The position numbers were made by a program, and so were the translations under genes. The notes below the pieces were generated by a model. That model was given only the letters and a program-made list of their open reading frames with translations, searched no databases and was not told the DNA's origin. Below, piece by piece: positions 36,910-46,824 of a stretch of DNA of 59,310 nucleotides. This DNA comes from Psychrobium sp. (GTDB taxonomy: Bacteria; Pseudomonadota; Gammaproteobacteria; Enterobacterales; Psychrobiaceae): the NCBI GenBank assembly GCA_013214905.1, contig JABSRV010000006.1:1-59310 (forward strand). The letters run 5' to 3'. The first letter of the stretch is position 1. Each line of letters begins with the position of its first letter.

Positions 36910-38203
36910 ACATAAACTCATTGCACTACTAAGCACTATTGTCATCTTAGTACTAGGTTTAAGCTGCGCGCTGGTTGCTGCTTTGCAATGGTCGCCACTT
37001 GCCATTGCCACCTTGTTGTTTGTGCTGAGTTTATTACTGAGTTTAATTGCGGTGAAGTTATATCAATTTTGGCGCAGCAGCTTAATGGACTTAACCAGTT
37101 TTACTCAAATTCTAAATGAGGGCATTGGCAATGTGGCACCGGTTTACGCCAATGAAGACGGTTTAATCAGTGAGCTGCAACAAGAAATAGCCAAACTTGC
37201 GCTGAAGCAGGGCAGCAATGCGCAGTCATCACTGGTTGCGTTATCGAGCATCATGGACAGTTGGCCGATAGCCATTTGCATTTTTGATCAAGACTGGCAT
37301 TTAAGTTATCGCAATCCAGCGATGTATCAGCAATTAAAGCTGCCGATGTTAATTGGCTCAAGTGCATCGGACAATGGTTTTGAGGTGACGGACAACGGAC
37401 AGGGCTTGCAACATAGCTTGAAACATAGCTATTTTGGAAAAAAATGGTTGGTGCAAAGTGCCTCTTATCAAGATCAATCGCAGCAAAAATCGCCGCGCCA
37501 ATGGCTGTTTTGTGCCAGTGATATTAGCCAATCGTTACATCAACATGAAAGCATTATTCAACAAAACCTTATCCGCGTCTTTAGCCACGAATTACGAAAT
37601 TCACTAACGCCAATGGCCTCAATGACCGATACCTTGCTGTGCAGTGACTCGCTTGATGTCACACAAACCCGCATGGTATTAAATCGAATAAATAAACGTA
37701 GTATCCATCTATTAGAATTCATTGGCCGTTACGCCGACATTAGTCAACTAGCGCCAACTCATTCCACATGGTTTGACATCACCTTGCTGGTGGATGAAGC
37801 AAAAACCGTATTAGCACAAGACACCATTGTTGCTTTTCATGGTGACAAACAATGCTTTGGTGATGTTGCTCAGTTGTCTATGGTGCTCACAAATTTGTTT
37901 ACTAACGCACAGCAAGCACAAGAGCAGGCCAATGAAGATGACGTTCAGCAAGATTTAAAAATAAGCGTTAGGGTTTACGTACAAGGGCAGCAGCAATGCG
38001 TTGAAGTCAGTGATAATGGTATGGGTTTTGCCAATTTAGACAACGCACTAACCCCGTTTTACAGCACCAAAGTCAACGGTTCAGGCATCGGTTTAGCCTT
38101 ATGCCGTGAAATTATTCACCAACACAGCGGTGAATTAACCCTCGCTAATGAGGGACATAATCACGGCGCATTAGTCAATATGAGCTGGCCTATTGTCAAT
38201 TAA
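36899..38203 (+). CDS. Sensor histidine kinase
   Basis: Two N-terminal TM helices; H-box HELRNSLTP; N-box NLFTNA; DNGMG; GSGIGL. Confidence 0.93.
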   Translation: MSREHKLIALLSTIVILVLGLSCALVAALQWSPLAIATLLFVLSLLLSLIAVKLYQFWRSSLMDLTSFTQILNEGIGNVAPVYANEDGLISELQQEIAKLALKQGSNAQSSLVALSSIMDSWPIAICIFDQDWHLSYRNPAMYQQLKLPMLIGSSASDNGFEVTDNGQGLQHSLKHSYFGKKWLVQSASYQDQSQQKSPRQWLFCASDISQSLHQHESIIQQNLIRVFSHELRNSLTPMASMTDTLLCSDSLDVTQTRMVLNRINKRSIHLLEFIGRYADISQLAPTHSTWFDITLLVDEAKTVLAQDTIVAFHGDKQCFGDVAQLSMVLTNLFTNAQQAQEQANEDDVQQDLKISVRVYVQGQQQCVEVSDNGMGFANLDNALTPFYSTKVNGSGIGLALCREIIHQHSGELTLANEGHNHGALVNMSWPIVN

Positions 38204-38386
38204 GTCAGACATCACTATACGTATTAGCGTTTATTTCACTCTCTCATCTATATTTGTATGTAATTAACCGCTTCCTGACAATGTTTAGGAATGTGCTGCT
38301 ATTGATAACGCCAATCCCGCCAGCAATATTTGCGCTATATCACATAAAACTTTAATAAAATAAAAATAACAAAAAATACTATTGCA

Positions 38387-38405
38387 AATGGGAATCGTTC
38401 ACATT
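38387..38405. promoter_or_regulatory. Putative Fur box
   Basis: AATGGGAATCGTTCACATT, a 19-bp near-palindrome resembling the Fur consensus, about 35 nt upstream of a TBDT-containing operon. Confidence 0.7.
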
Positions 38406-38439
38406 AAGATCTGCGGAAATTAATAAGGATGTATTTCTG

Positions 38440-41220
38440 ATGAAAAAAAATATCGTATTGACCACGCTATCACTGGCTTTGCTAAGCGCTTGTGGTGGCA
38501 GTTCTAGTAATGATTTACCGTTATTCTCCCAAGCCACGCTCTCGTTATCTGTTGCTGAAGATACGGTATTGTCGCAAAAAATAACAGCGACCGATAAAAA
38601 CGGTGATGATATTACTTATTCATTAGCTAATGCAGCGAGCAACGGTCAAGTCATGATTGACGCTAAAACTGGTGCGTTAACTTACACGCCTAATCCTAAC
38701 TTTAATGGTGACGATAGCTTTAGCGTTGCCGCTTCAGATGCAAAAGGACGCACCACACAACAAATATCAGTGGCGGTGACCGCCGTTAACGATAAGCCGA
38801 CAATTGAGATGAATAATGTTTTATTGTCTGGTGGTGAAGTCAAGCAAGGCATGGTAAAAGCAACAGATGTAGATGGCGACGCGCTAATTTATTCTATCGA
38901 ATTAACGCCAAGCAATGGCACACTAACCATTAATAAAGACACCGGAGCTATCACTTACACGGTGACTCAACTGCAAGAAACTAAAGATAGTTTCACATTG
39001 GGTGTTACCGATGGCAACGGTGATGTCATTACCAAAAGCATAACGATTAGTGCGTCTATTGCGTCAAACATTGATCGCGCCTATTACTATTATGCGTCTG
39101 ACCAATCACGCCTTCAGCAAGCTCAAAGCATCACCGATGCACAAAAAGACGATCTCGTTAAATCAAATGTTTATAGCAGTTTAGCTCGTGGTTACGCCAT
39201 GGCTGGCTTTAGTCATAAAGTTGAAAAACTACTGACGCCAGAGTCGATTCTTGATCAAGAAACACTCGCTCGTGCAATGATTAATGCTGCAAGCGCCAAT
39301 ATTCACCTTGGCAATCATGTCATCGCTAAAGATTACTTGGTGCAAGCACAAAATCTTTATAACGAAGTATTAGCAACTAACGGTATTGCAACCCTTGACG
39401 CTAGCCTTCTTCTTTATATTGGCGAGCTCTACCATGCGATGGGAGACTTACAAGCACAGGCACAAACTTATAGTCTGCTAGATTTGTTAATGAATACTCT
39501 GCCTGAAGGAACTGAGTCACAGCGTCTTTTCTTTGGCTATGATCGCGCGGTTAAAGCAGCTGTTAAGCAGTGGCAACAAAGTGGACTAGAAGTAGATCGC
39601 TTGCGTGCTAAATCATTGGCGCAGCGATCTTTACGTCTAATTCCAAAAATAGGCTATAGCACTAATCGTGATGGCGTTACTTATTCTACTACCACTCTCA
39701 TCGGCTATGAATATCTCATCAAACAATTTTATCAGCTCAATGAAATCAAATTGGCTAAACAAACGTTAGCCAACGCGTTAGCGCTTTATGGTTATGTTGA
39801 CTATGACGATGATTATTCAGTGGTCGCAGATCAATATGCCGACAATACCAAAGATGAATTTGTTTGGGTATCACCTGATTTTGCAGCGCTTTATATAACG
39901 CTTTACCCCAACGCTGAGTCGGCTCCACTGGTTGATATTGCCAAAGGCAGTGCATGGTTTGACTATGTTAAAGCCAGTATTATTAGTGACGCTGATGAGG
40001 CGCGCATGTTGGCGCAAGTCACTGCGAGCACCACCGATGAAAAGGCGCTGAAAATAGCACAAGCGGTTAAGAACGATGACGACTTACGTCAATACTTCTC
40101 TGATATCATTTCTTTCAATGCAGCTAGTCCAGGCGCTGCGGTTCGTTTAGTGGAGCAAAAACGCTACTCAGCTGCCAAATTATTACTTGATGAAGGGTTA
40201 GCATTAATTCAGTCGGCTGAATACTTTAGCGAAAATCGCAGTTCATATACGTTTATATCCGGTGACGCTGGTTGTAATCGTATCGCTCGTTTATATCAAA
40301 CATTGGACAATGCAATGGCAGACGCTGGCTATCTTGCGCACGCTAAATCATCCGCAAAAATATGCCATGATCTTGTTGTTAAGCACTATAGCGAAGAAAT
40401 GGTTGATAGCGATGGAACGATATTGTCTAGTAATTTTGAGAACGTGCAAGCCGCCGCTGAAACAGCGAATTTACTGGCTGAGCTTAACATGACCACTGAG
40501 CTTACTGCATTATTGGAAGTTGCTAACCAAAGCTTGGCACAAGCGACTGATAACAGTGTTGGAGACAACATACAGTTACTTAGTCAACTTGGCCGTGAAT
40601 TAAGCGAGGGCGGGCAGTTTGCATTAAGCCAACCATATTATGATCGCGCCATCGCTAAAATTCTAACATTAGAAAAATCAGCAACGGCGGCCGAGCAGGG
40701 CAATGCAGCGCGTTATTTCTTTAACGGGACTCGTAATAATTCTAATTATCAACAGCTGCTTTTACAAATTGATCAACAGCAACTTAGCATTAGCAATGCC
40801 GCACAAGTCAAAGCAACGGCTGTTAGTCATATTAGCAATTTGTTTGAGCAAGTGATGACATTGTTGGCTGATCGCTCTGACATCATAAAAAATGAAGAAT
40901 ATCCAAATTTTGCTCGATTATTTATCCAGCTTGGCAATATAGATCGCGCAAGCGAGCTTGCAAACGACGCCGCCCTTGGTGACGTTGAGAAAGCGTCGAT
41001 TGAAGTTAGCATTGCTAAGCAGTTAGCAACGCAAGATGATTTCCCTAGCACGATTATTGCGAGTGTTGATACGGACGGCGACGGTATGCCTAACTTCTTT
41101 GCCCCATTTGCAACGCCAGAAATGATTAAAGCGACAGGTTTAGTGTTAGACCCAGACAGCGATAATGACAAGGTTAATGACGAAGACGATGCCTTCCCGT
41201 TAGATGCATCACGCCAGTAA
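38440..41220 (+). CDS. Large lipoprotein: two cadherin/Ig-like repeats, long helical (TPR-like) body, Asp-rich Ca-binding tail
   Basis: Lipobox LSAC-GGSSS; TATDKNGD..TYTPNPNFNGDDSF and ATDVDGD repeats; C-terminal DTDGDGMPN, DPDSDNDKVNDEDDAFPLD. Confidence 0.82.
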   Translation: MKKNIVLTTLSLALLSACGGSSSNDLPLFSQATLSLSVAEDTVLSQKITATDKNGDDITYSLANAASNGQVMIDAKTGALTYTPNPNFNGDDSFSVAASDAKGRTTQQISVAVTAVNDKPTIEMNNVLLSGGEVKQGMVKATDVDGDALIYSIELTPSNGTLTINKDTGAITYTVTQLQETKDSFTLGVTDGNGDVITKSITISASIASNIDRAYYYYASDQSRLQQAQSITDAQKDDLVKSNVYSSLARGYAMAGFSHKVEKLLTPESILDQETLARAMINAASANIHLGNHVIAKDYLVQAQNLYNEVLATNGIATLDASLLLYIGELYHAMGDLQAQAQTYSLLDLLMNTLPEGTESQRLFFGYDRAVKAAVKQWQQSGLEVDRLRAKSLAQRSLRLIPKIGYSTNRDGVTYSTTTLIGYEYLIKQFYQLNEIKLAKQTLANALALYGYVDYDDDYSVVADQYADNTKDEFVWVSPDFAALYITLYPNAESAPLVDIAKGSAWFDYVKASIISDADEARMLAQVTASTTDEKALKIAQAVKNDDDLRQYFSDIISFNAASPGAAVRLVEQKRYSAAKLLLDEGLALIQSAEYFSENRSSYTFISGDAGCNRIARLYQTLDNAMADAGYLAHAKSSAKICHDLVVKHYSEEMVDSDGTILSSNFENVQAAAETANLLAELNMTTELTALLEVANQSLAQATDNSVGDNIQLLSQLGRELSEGGQFALSQPYYDRAIAKILTLEKSATAAEQGNAARYFFNGTRNNSNYQQLLLQIDQQQLSISNAAQVKATAVSHISNLFEQVMTLLADRSDIIKNEEYPNFARLFIQLGNIDRASELANDAALGDVEKASIEVSIAKQLATQDDFPSTIIASVDTDGDGMPNFFAPFATPEMIKATGLVLDPDSDNDKVNDEDDAFPLDASRQ

Positions 41221-43970
41221 TGCACGTTAACCGAACAATGGTCACACTAAGCTTATTGCTTGCTGTGACCTGTGCGCAAGCACAAGGAAATGATCAAAAA
41301 TGTCAGGATGATGGTTGCGTCAAGGTTGATAATAAAATGGCGCTTAAGCCGCTAACAGCAAAGGCAAAGGAAAAATTAAAATCAAAAACTGAGAAAGAGT
41401 CATATCTTGAAGTGATCGAGGTGAAGGGTTTTCGCCTTAATCCTATGAGCCGTAATGCACAAGGGCGTTATATTATTGATAGTGATTTAATTAAGGATTA
41501 TCGCTTTGGCAATGGCAACTTAAATGACATTTTAGGGCTGTTACCCGGTGTGCAATATGGTGAGAGTGCGCTTGATAGCGCTAATGCGAGCAATATAAAG
41601 CCCAGTGAAGTGTCTATATCTGGCGCTCAGGGCTATCAATCATCTTACAATATCGATGGTGTTAACAATAATTCGCGCTTAAGTACTGGCAATGCCGAGG
41701 CTGATCGTAATTTATTGCAAGACGTATCGGGTCATAGTCAGTCAACCTTTATCAACCTCGACTTGCTAGACAGTATTGAAGTTTACGACAGTAATATTCC
41801 CGCAAAATACGGCCAGTTCTCCGGTGGTTTAGTCAATGCTCACACCAAAAACGCGAGCAGTGAACCTCACTTTGGATTGACCTATCGTCAAACGTCTACC
41901 CAATGGAGCAAATTTCATGTCATTAAAGGGCCATCACAAGCCGGAAGTCGTGAAGTTCTGTTGCCAGAATTTAATAAGCAAAGTCTTAATATCTATCTAA
42001 CGACACCTTTGTCTGCGGATAGTGGTTTGGTTGCGCAAATACAGTTATTAAAATCTGACGAAACACGAAACCAGCTGGGAATATCAAGAAAACAGCGGCA
42101 AAATAACGGGAACATGCTGCTAAAATATCATTACAACCCAAGCATCAATGATGAAATATCAGTCAGTGCTTATTATGCGCCTTACCAAGGCAATTATTTT
42201 GATATTTACGCCAAAAATAGTGATTTTAAAATCACCGGTGGTGGTTATAGCGTAAATTCTCAATGGATTCATGAAGACAGTTGGGGAGATATTACCTCAC
42301 GACTGGCGTTTAATCGCAGTGAAAACTCGAAAACTGCCAGCAATTATTGGTTTACCTGGAACAACATTACGGGTAAGTCTTGGGCCGATTATAACAACAG
42401 CATCATTAGCCTCGAAGGCGGTTATGGTGATATTGACAAAATTCAGCAAACGATTAGTGCAACCAGTGATCTTAATCTTGTGATGCCAAGAATATTTGGC
42501 GCCCAGTCTCTACTTAACATCGGCATTGAGCTTAGCCAACAGCAGCAACAATTTAACCGTTTAACCGATTCTGTACTTTATAACGGGGCGATTTCATCCC
42601 CAAAAATTCAATGTGGCAGTTATATATTTGATTGTGTTGAAACCCAGTTCAAGCAGCCGTTGAGTGAACTTGAACAACAACTAGGGCGGGCAATAGACTT
42701 TAGCAATGTCGACGACTTGCTATTGTATCAAGCCAATGTCGTTCAAGCGGGGCAATATTTTCAAACAAGGCAACTGGCGCCCAAGAGTAACGTCAGCGTT
42801 AATGTCAATAATCTTGCGCTGTATGGTGAGTTGTCATTAAATTACGCGCAAGTAGATATCGTGGCGGGGCTACGCTACGACTATAATGATTTTTTTAAGC
42901 AACATAATTTTGCACCAAGAGTTCGCATGAGTGTTGATTTATTTGATGATCAGCACCATCAAATCACCGCCGGTTTTAATCGCTATTATCAAGCGGATCT
43001 CACGCACTATAAATTAAATCAAGCGATGACGCCGATGCACCAAGAAGTGCGCCGTAGTTATCTTAATCAGCCGCAATCATGGCAAGCAGAGTTAACATCG
43101 ACCGGTTTTTTATATCGCTTCACCGATACAAAAACGCCATTTAGTGATGAACTTAGTCTGGCGTATCGCTATCAATTATTGGGTGGTACGTTAGAGGCTA
43201 AATGGCTTAATCGCTATAATAAACAGGCAATTAATCGAACTAAAAGTTATAACGATGATGGTCAAGCCATACTCACTGGCACTAATGGCGGCGGTAGTCA
43301 TTACCAGCGCTATAGCGTGTCGTGGATGGCGAAATTTGAACGTCAGCATATTGAACTCAATATCTCAAAATCATCGAATACGGTAGATAAAGCTAGTTTC
43401 GATCGCCAAGTCACCTTTAATAACGAAAAGCAGCAATTGTACAGAGGCACCGAGAATTTTGATGATTCCGATCTTGTTTTTTTTCAATATGAAAAACTTT
43501 ACTTTGATAAATTGACCAATCAATATCAAGCTAAAACTAAATCTGATCTAATCAGTCGTCATGACTTAGCGCTAGAAAAGCAAGACTATAATCGGCCATA
43601 TATCGCGAATGCGAGTTGGGGAATTGATTTGGCGCAATGGCAAGTCTCATTGCATGCCCGTTATGTGGCAGAGCAAGAGGCTGTATATGCAACAGGCATT
43701 ATGAATGCGGCAAAACTTGCAACCAGTACCTGTAATGGTTGCGAGATCAGTCAAAAATCTTACCCCGTGTATGCGAAATATGACCGACCAAGTTATTGGC
43801 AGCTTAACGCAAGCATTAAATATCAATGGGATTTAAGCCCCAAAGACAGCATCGTATTTAGTTTCGACGGACAAAATGTTTTAAATCAGCGTAGCTATCA
43901 AGTCGGCCCTTTGGGCAATGGCAGTGAACTCGGCCGCCGTTTTTGGCTCGGCATTAGCTATCAACACTAA
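41220..43970 (+). CDS. TonB-dependent outer-membrane transporter, FusA/YddB-like
   Basis: Signal peptide; TonB box EVIEVKG; plug GNGNLNDILGLLPGVQ, IKPSEVSISGA, NIDGV, LLDSIEVYDSNIPAKYGQFSGGLV, closely paralleling the E. coli YddB plug as recalled; C-terminal GRRFWLGISYQH. Confidence 0.85.
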   Translation: MHVNRTMVTLSLLLAVTCAQAQGNDQKCQDDGCVKVDNKMALKPLTAKAKEKLKSKTEKESYLEVIEVKGFRLNPMSRNAQGRYIIDSDLIKDYRFGNGNLNDILGLLPGVQYGESALDSANASNIKPSEVSISGAQGYQSSYNIDGVNNNSRLSTGNAEADRNLLQDVSGHSQSTFINLDLLDSIEVYDSNIPAKYGQFSGGLVNAHTKNASSEPHFGLTYRQTSTQWSKFHVIKGPSQAGSREVLLPEFNKQSLNIYLTTPLSADSGLVAQIQLLKSDETRNQLGISRKQRQNNGNMLLKYHYNPSINDEISVSAYYAPYQGNYFDIYAKNSDFKITGGGYSVNSQWIHEDSWGDITSRLAFNRSENSKTASNYWFTWNNITGKSWADYNNSIISLEGGYGDIDKIQQTISATSDLNLVMPRIFGAQSLLNIGIELSQQQQQFNRLTDSVLYNGAISSPKIQCGSYIFDCVETQFKQPLSELEQQLGRAIDFSNVDDLLLYQANVVQAGQYFQTRQLAPKSNVSVNVNNLALYGELSLNYAQVDIVAGLRYDYNDFFKQHNFAPRVRMSVDLFDDQHHQITAGFNRYYQADLTHYKLNQAMTPMHQEVRRSYLNQPQSWQAELTSTGFLYRFTDTKTPFSDELSLAYRYQLLGGTLEAKWLNRYNKQAINRTKSYNDDGQAILTGTNGGGSHYQRYSVSWMAKFERQHIELNISKSSNTVDKASFDRQVTFNNEKQQLYRGTENFDDSDLVFFQYEKLYFDKLTNQYQAKTKSDLISRHDLALEKQDYNRPYIANASWGIDLAQWQVSLHARYVAEQEAVYATGIMNAAKLATSTCNGCEISQKSYPVYAKYDRPSYWQLNASIKYQWDLSPKDSIVFSFDGQNVLNQRSYQVGPLGNGSELGRRFWLGISYQH

Positions 43971-44002
43971 CTTTACCCTGAACTTCAGCAAGGAATATAA
44001 AC

Positions 44003-44236
44003 ATGAGTACAACTTTATTAGCAGCCGCATTAATCAGCCAACTTTGTTACGATCCACAGCAAGACATCGGCGATCATCTTTGGCTAAAACGAGCACAAAT
44101 TTTTGAAAAGCAGCTGAGTGTTGCCGTCAAGAAAAAAATCGCTGTTTGCTTGCCTTTAACGAACAAGCATCAGCGTAAAGAAGCACAATATTTAGCAAAT
44201 ATTGACGCGACTCAAAAGACAATACTTGTTAAGTGA
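44003..44236 (+). CDS. Small hypothetical protein (77 aa, two Cys)
   Basis: AAGGA RBS; stop overlaps the next start (TGATG); hydrophobic N-terminus. Confidence 0.65.
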   Translation: MSTTLLAAALISQLCYDPQQDIGDHLWLKRAQIFEKQLSVAVKKKIAVCLPLTNKHQRKEAQYLANIDATQKTILVK

Positions 44237-45417
44237 TGTTTAACAAGTTTGTTATCGCCTGGCTGCTGTGCATTAGCGCAGCAGCCAGTGCAAAAACAGT
44301 AACCCCTGATCTTGTTGAATTGCGTCAGCGCTATCTAAAACCTCCATTGCAATGGCCTAAGGCTACGTTAGACCAAGAGCTCACAGGTCAAGAGCTAGGG
44401 CTTTTACCTTTGCCGTTGTTCCCAAAGAATAATCCGCTCAGTCGCGCTAAGGTAGCTTTGGGTAAAAAACTATTTTTTGATCCTAAATTGTCTCGCTCAA
44501 AGCAAATTGCTTGCGCCAGTTGCCATGACAGCGATTTGGGCTGGGGAGATGGACGCACGTTATCGTTTGGTCATAATCGTCAAACCGGTAATCGTAATGC
44601 ACCGTCAGTAGAAAATAGTGGCTATTATCATCAGTTATTTTGGGATGGGCGCGCATCATCACTTGAGCAACAAGCGTTAATGCCTATTACCAATCCTGTT
44701 GAAATGAACTTCACGATTAAAGAGTTGGTCGCTCGTCTTAATGGTGATGTCGATTACCCTAAGTTATTTGAGCAGGCTTTTGCTGGCAGTAAAAACAATG
44801 AGATTAATGGCGATAATATTGCCAAAGCCATTGCGACTTACGAGCGCACAATAATATCGAGACTGTCGAGCTTTGATCGGTTTTTATTATCACCAAGTCA
44901 AACGCATCCTAGGCGAAAATTGATTTTTAATCGTCAATTTAGCGATCAAGCATTATGGGGACTGCATTTGTATCGCACCAAAGCACGATGCATGAATTGT
45001 CACGGCGGCGCGTTAATGAGTGATAATCAATTTCACAACATTGGCCTCACTTATTACAAACGATCTTATGAGGATTTAGGGCGCTACCTTGCCACCAATG
45101 ACAAAAGCGATGTTGGTAAATTTAAAACCCCAAGTTTGCGTGGCGTGATGAACAATAAACCTTGGATGCACAACGGACTGTTCAGCAATATGCGCGGTAT
45201 TATTAATTTGTATAATATGGGCGGCCCCCGCAATACCTACGATGCGAGCGATGACATGGCGCCAAAGCAATCTAAATTATTAAAACCGCTACAACTAAAT
45301 GCTGCCGAAATTGATGCACTATTGGCGTTTTTAACCTCGGTTACTGCAACGCCGGCTCGAGATTCATCAATGAGAGTAATGTCTACCTTGGCTGATGAGA
45401 GCAAAGCCGCTAATTAG
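44236..45417 (+). CDS. Periplasmic di-haem cytochrome c peroxidase-family enzyme, MauG/MbnH-type
   Basis: Signal peptide; LGKKLFFDPKLS, CASCH, RNAPSV, FWDGRA, CMNCH, FKTPSLR, PWMHNG..INLY. Confidence 0.9.
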   Translation: MFNKFVIAWLLCISAAASAKTVTPDLVELRQRYLKPPLQWPKATLDQELTGQELGLLPLPLFPKNNPLSRAKVALGKKLFFDPKLSRSKQIACASCHDSDLGWGDGRTLSFGHNRQTGNRNAPSVENSGYYHQLFWDGRASSLEQQALMPITNPVEMNFTIKELVARLNGDVDYPKLFEQAFAGSKNNEINGDNIAKAIATYERTIISRLSSFDRFLLSPSQTHPRRKLIFNRQFSDQALWGLHLYRTKARCMNCHGGALMSDNQFHNIGLTYYKRSYEDLGRYLATNDKSDVGKFKTPSLRGVMNNKPWMHNGLFSNMRGIINLYNMGGPRNTYDASDDMAPKQSKLLKPLQLNAAEIDALLAFLTSVTATPARDSSMRVMSTLADESKAAN

Positions 45418-45465
45418 CGGCTAATGATGAGATTTGAGTGATTAAGTTTTCGTTTGTCGAGCATT

Positions 45466-45592
45466 TATACCCGTCATCCTTGAAACCGCAGTTTTATTGT
45501 CAGCGGATTAGAATCACAATCACTTATAAAACATAAGCTCAGGCGATTATATCCTTGACAGCTTCACTGCAATTCCAATGATTTTTGGTATA
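45466..45592 (+). repeat. ERIC-like 127-bp MITE, copy 1
   Basis: TATACCCGTCATCCTTGAA...TGCAATTCCAATGATTTTTGGTATA; ERIC-type ends and length, TA at both ends; second copy at 58246-58372. Confidence 0.88.
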
Positions 45593-46727
45593 GCATTTCA
45601 ATAATCTTTTGCGCCACGGGTGCTGAAGATAGGTAGTTTTGTCCGGTGATGATCCGGCCGTCGACTTGCACATAGGCTTGGTTGCGCTGACCAAAGGAGA
45701 ACGAACCTTGGCGCTGCTCTATGGTTGCTCTGATTAAAAATGGAAACTGTTTAAAGTGAGCCGACGACTTATTTTCATAATCTTCGGGATATCCGGTAAT
45801 ACGTTTGTCTTTTACTAAATATTGTCCATCTCTGGTTTTTAGATGCACGATACCTGCTGTGCCATGACATACGGCAGAGATAATACCATTGTGCTTTTCA
45901 TAGATCTCCATACTGATGTTGCCAATGGCTTTGTTGCTTGCTACGCCATACATGGCGCTGCCACCACCAATGTAATGCACCGCTTTGTAATTTTTTGCAA
46001 TAACTTGCGTTGGTGTTTTTGTATGTTTAATGGCGTACATGAAATCACGGTCGTAGAGATATTTCTTTTGCAATGCGTTTGAGGTGTTGATGTATGAAAG
46101 GGCAATCGCGCCGCCATCGGGACTGACAAAATCAACCGTGTAACCCGCTTGTTTAAATTGATGATAAGCGTTAACTATTTCAGAGAAACTAGCGCCTGCC
46201 GGCTTTTTCAATACGCCGTGATAATGTGCGCTTGAGACGATAAACAAAATGCGTTTACCATGATGAATGCTTTCTTGAGCCGCGGCGGTTTTGGATATTA
46301 TTTGCCATTTGTCGCTTAACTTACGCAATAAGAATAAGTCGGTATAACGTAGCTTTCGACCCGGGATCAGAATTTCCACCTTGGCACTGGCGATATCACC
46401 AGCAACATCAATGGTTAAGATCTCGCCGATGCGCCCGGTAAACCTACCTGCTTGACCGCTAGCAAACCAAGAAATATATTCTTTAGCGGATACGCGCCAG
46501 ACATCTTGCCCTTTTTTTTGCAGCAACAAATTACTGTCTTTATAAAATGCTTTCTCAATTTGTTGTGGCCTATTGTAGGAGGTGCCTTGAATGTAATCAT
46601 TTAAGGTTTGACGTATTTGATCGTGGTTTGATATCGGTTGCTTTGAATTGGCAGTAGCGGCCAATAAGCTAAAAGAGAGGGGGGTTAATAATAGCAATAG
46701 TATAAATTGATAAACGGCGTTGCGCAT
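45564..46727 (-). CDS. Exported fusion: NTF2/SnoaL-like (lumazine-binding-like) domain plus DJ-1/PfpI domain
   Basis: Signal peptide; IRQTLNDYIQG...YTDLFLLRK..WQIISK; then ILFIVSS, FSEI, GGGSAM, AVCHG (nucleophile Cys), DGRIITGQN. Confidence 0.82.
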   Translation of the reverse strand: MRNAVYQFILLLLLTPLSFSLLAATANSKQPISNHDQIRQTLNDYIQGTSYNRPQQIEKAFYKDSNLLLQKKGQDVWRVSAKEYISWFASGQAGRFTGRIGEILTIDVAGDIASAKVEILIPGRKLRYTDLFLLRKLSDKWQIISKTAAAQESIHHGKRILFIVSSAHYHGVLKKPAGASFSEIVNAYHQFKQAGYTVDFVSPDGGAIALSYINTSNALQKKYLYDRDFMYAIKHTKTPTQVIAKNYKAVHYIGGGSAMYGVASNKAIGNISMEIYEKHNGIISAVCHGTAGIVHLKTRDGQYLVKDKRITGYPEDYENKSSAHFKQFPFLIRATIEQRQGSFSFGQRNQAYVQVDGRIITGQNYLSSAPVAQKIIEMLYQKSLELQ

Positions 46728-46824
46728 AGTGGTTCCAATAATGGGTGATTAATTGAAGTCACTTTACGCCTCGATTAGACAGCTTACTGCCGTTGAATAT
46801 AATGTCGAACACCTAATGTATAAG

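Noticed and set aside
41220-45417. Methanobactin or methylamine dehydrogenase cluster
   Set aside because: No mbnABC, mbnP or mauAB genes; only the di-haem family is shared
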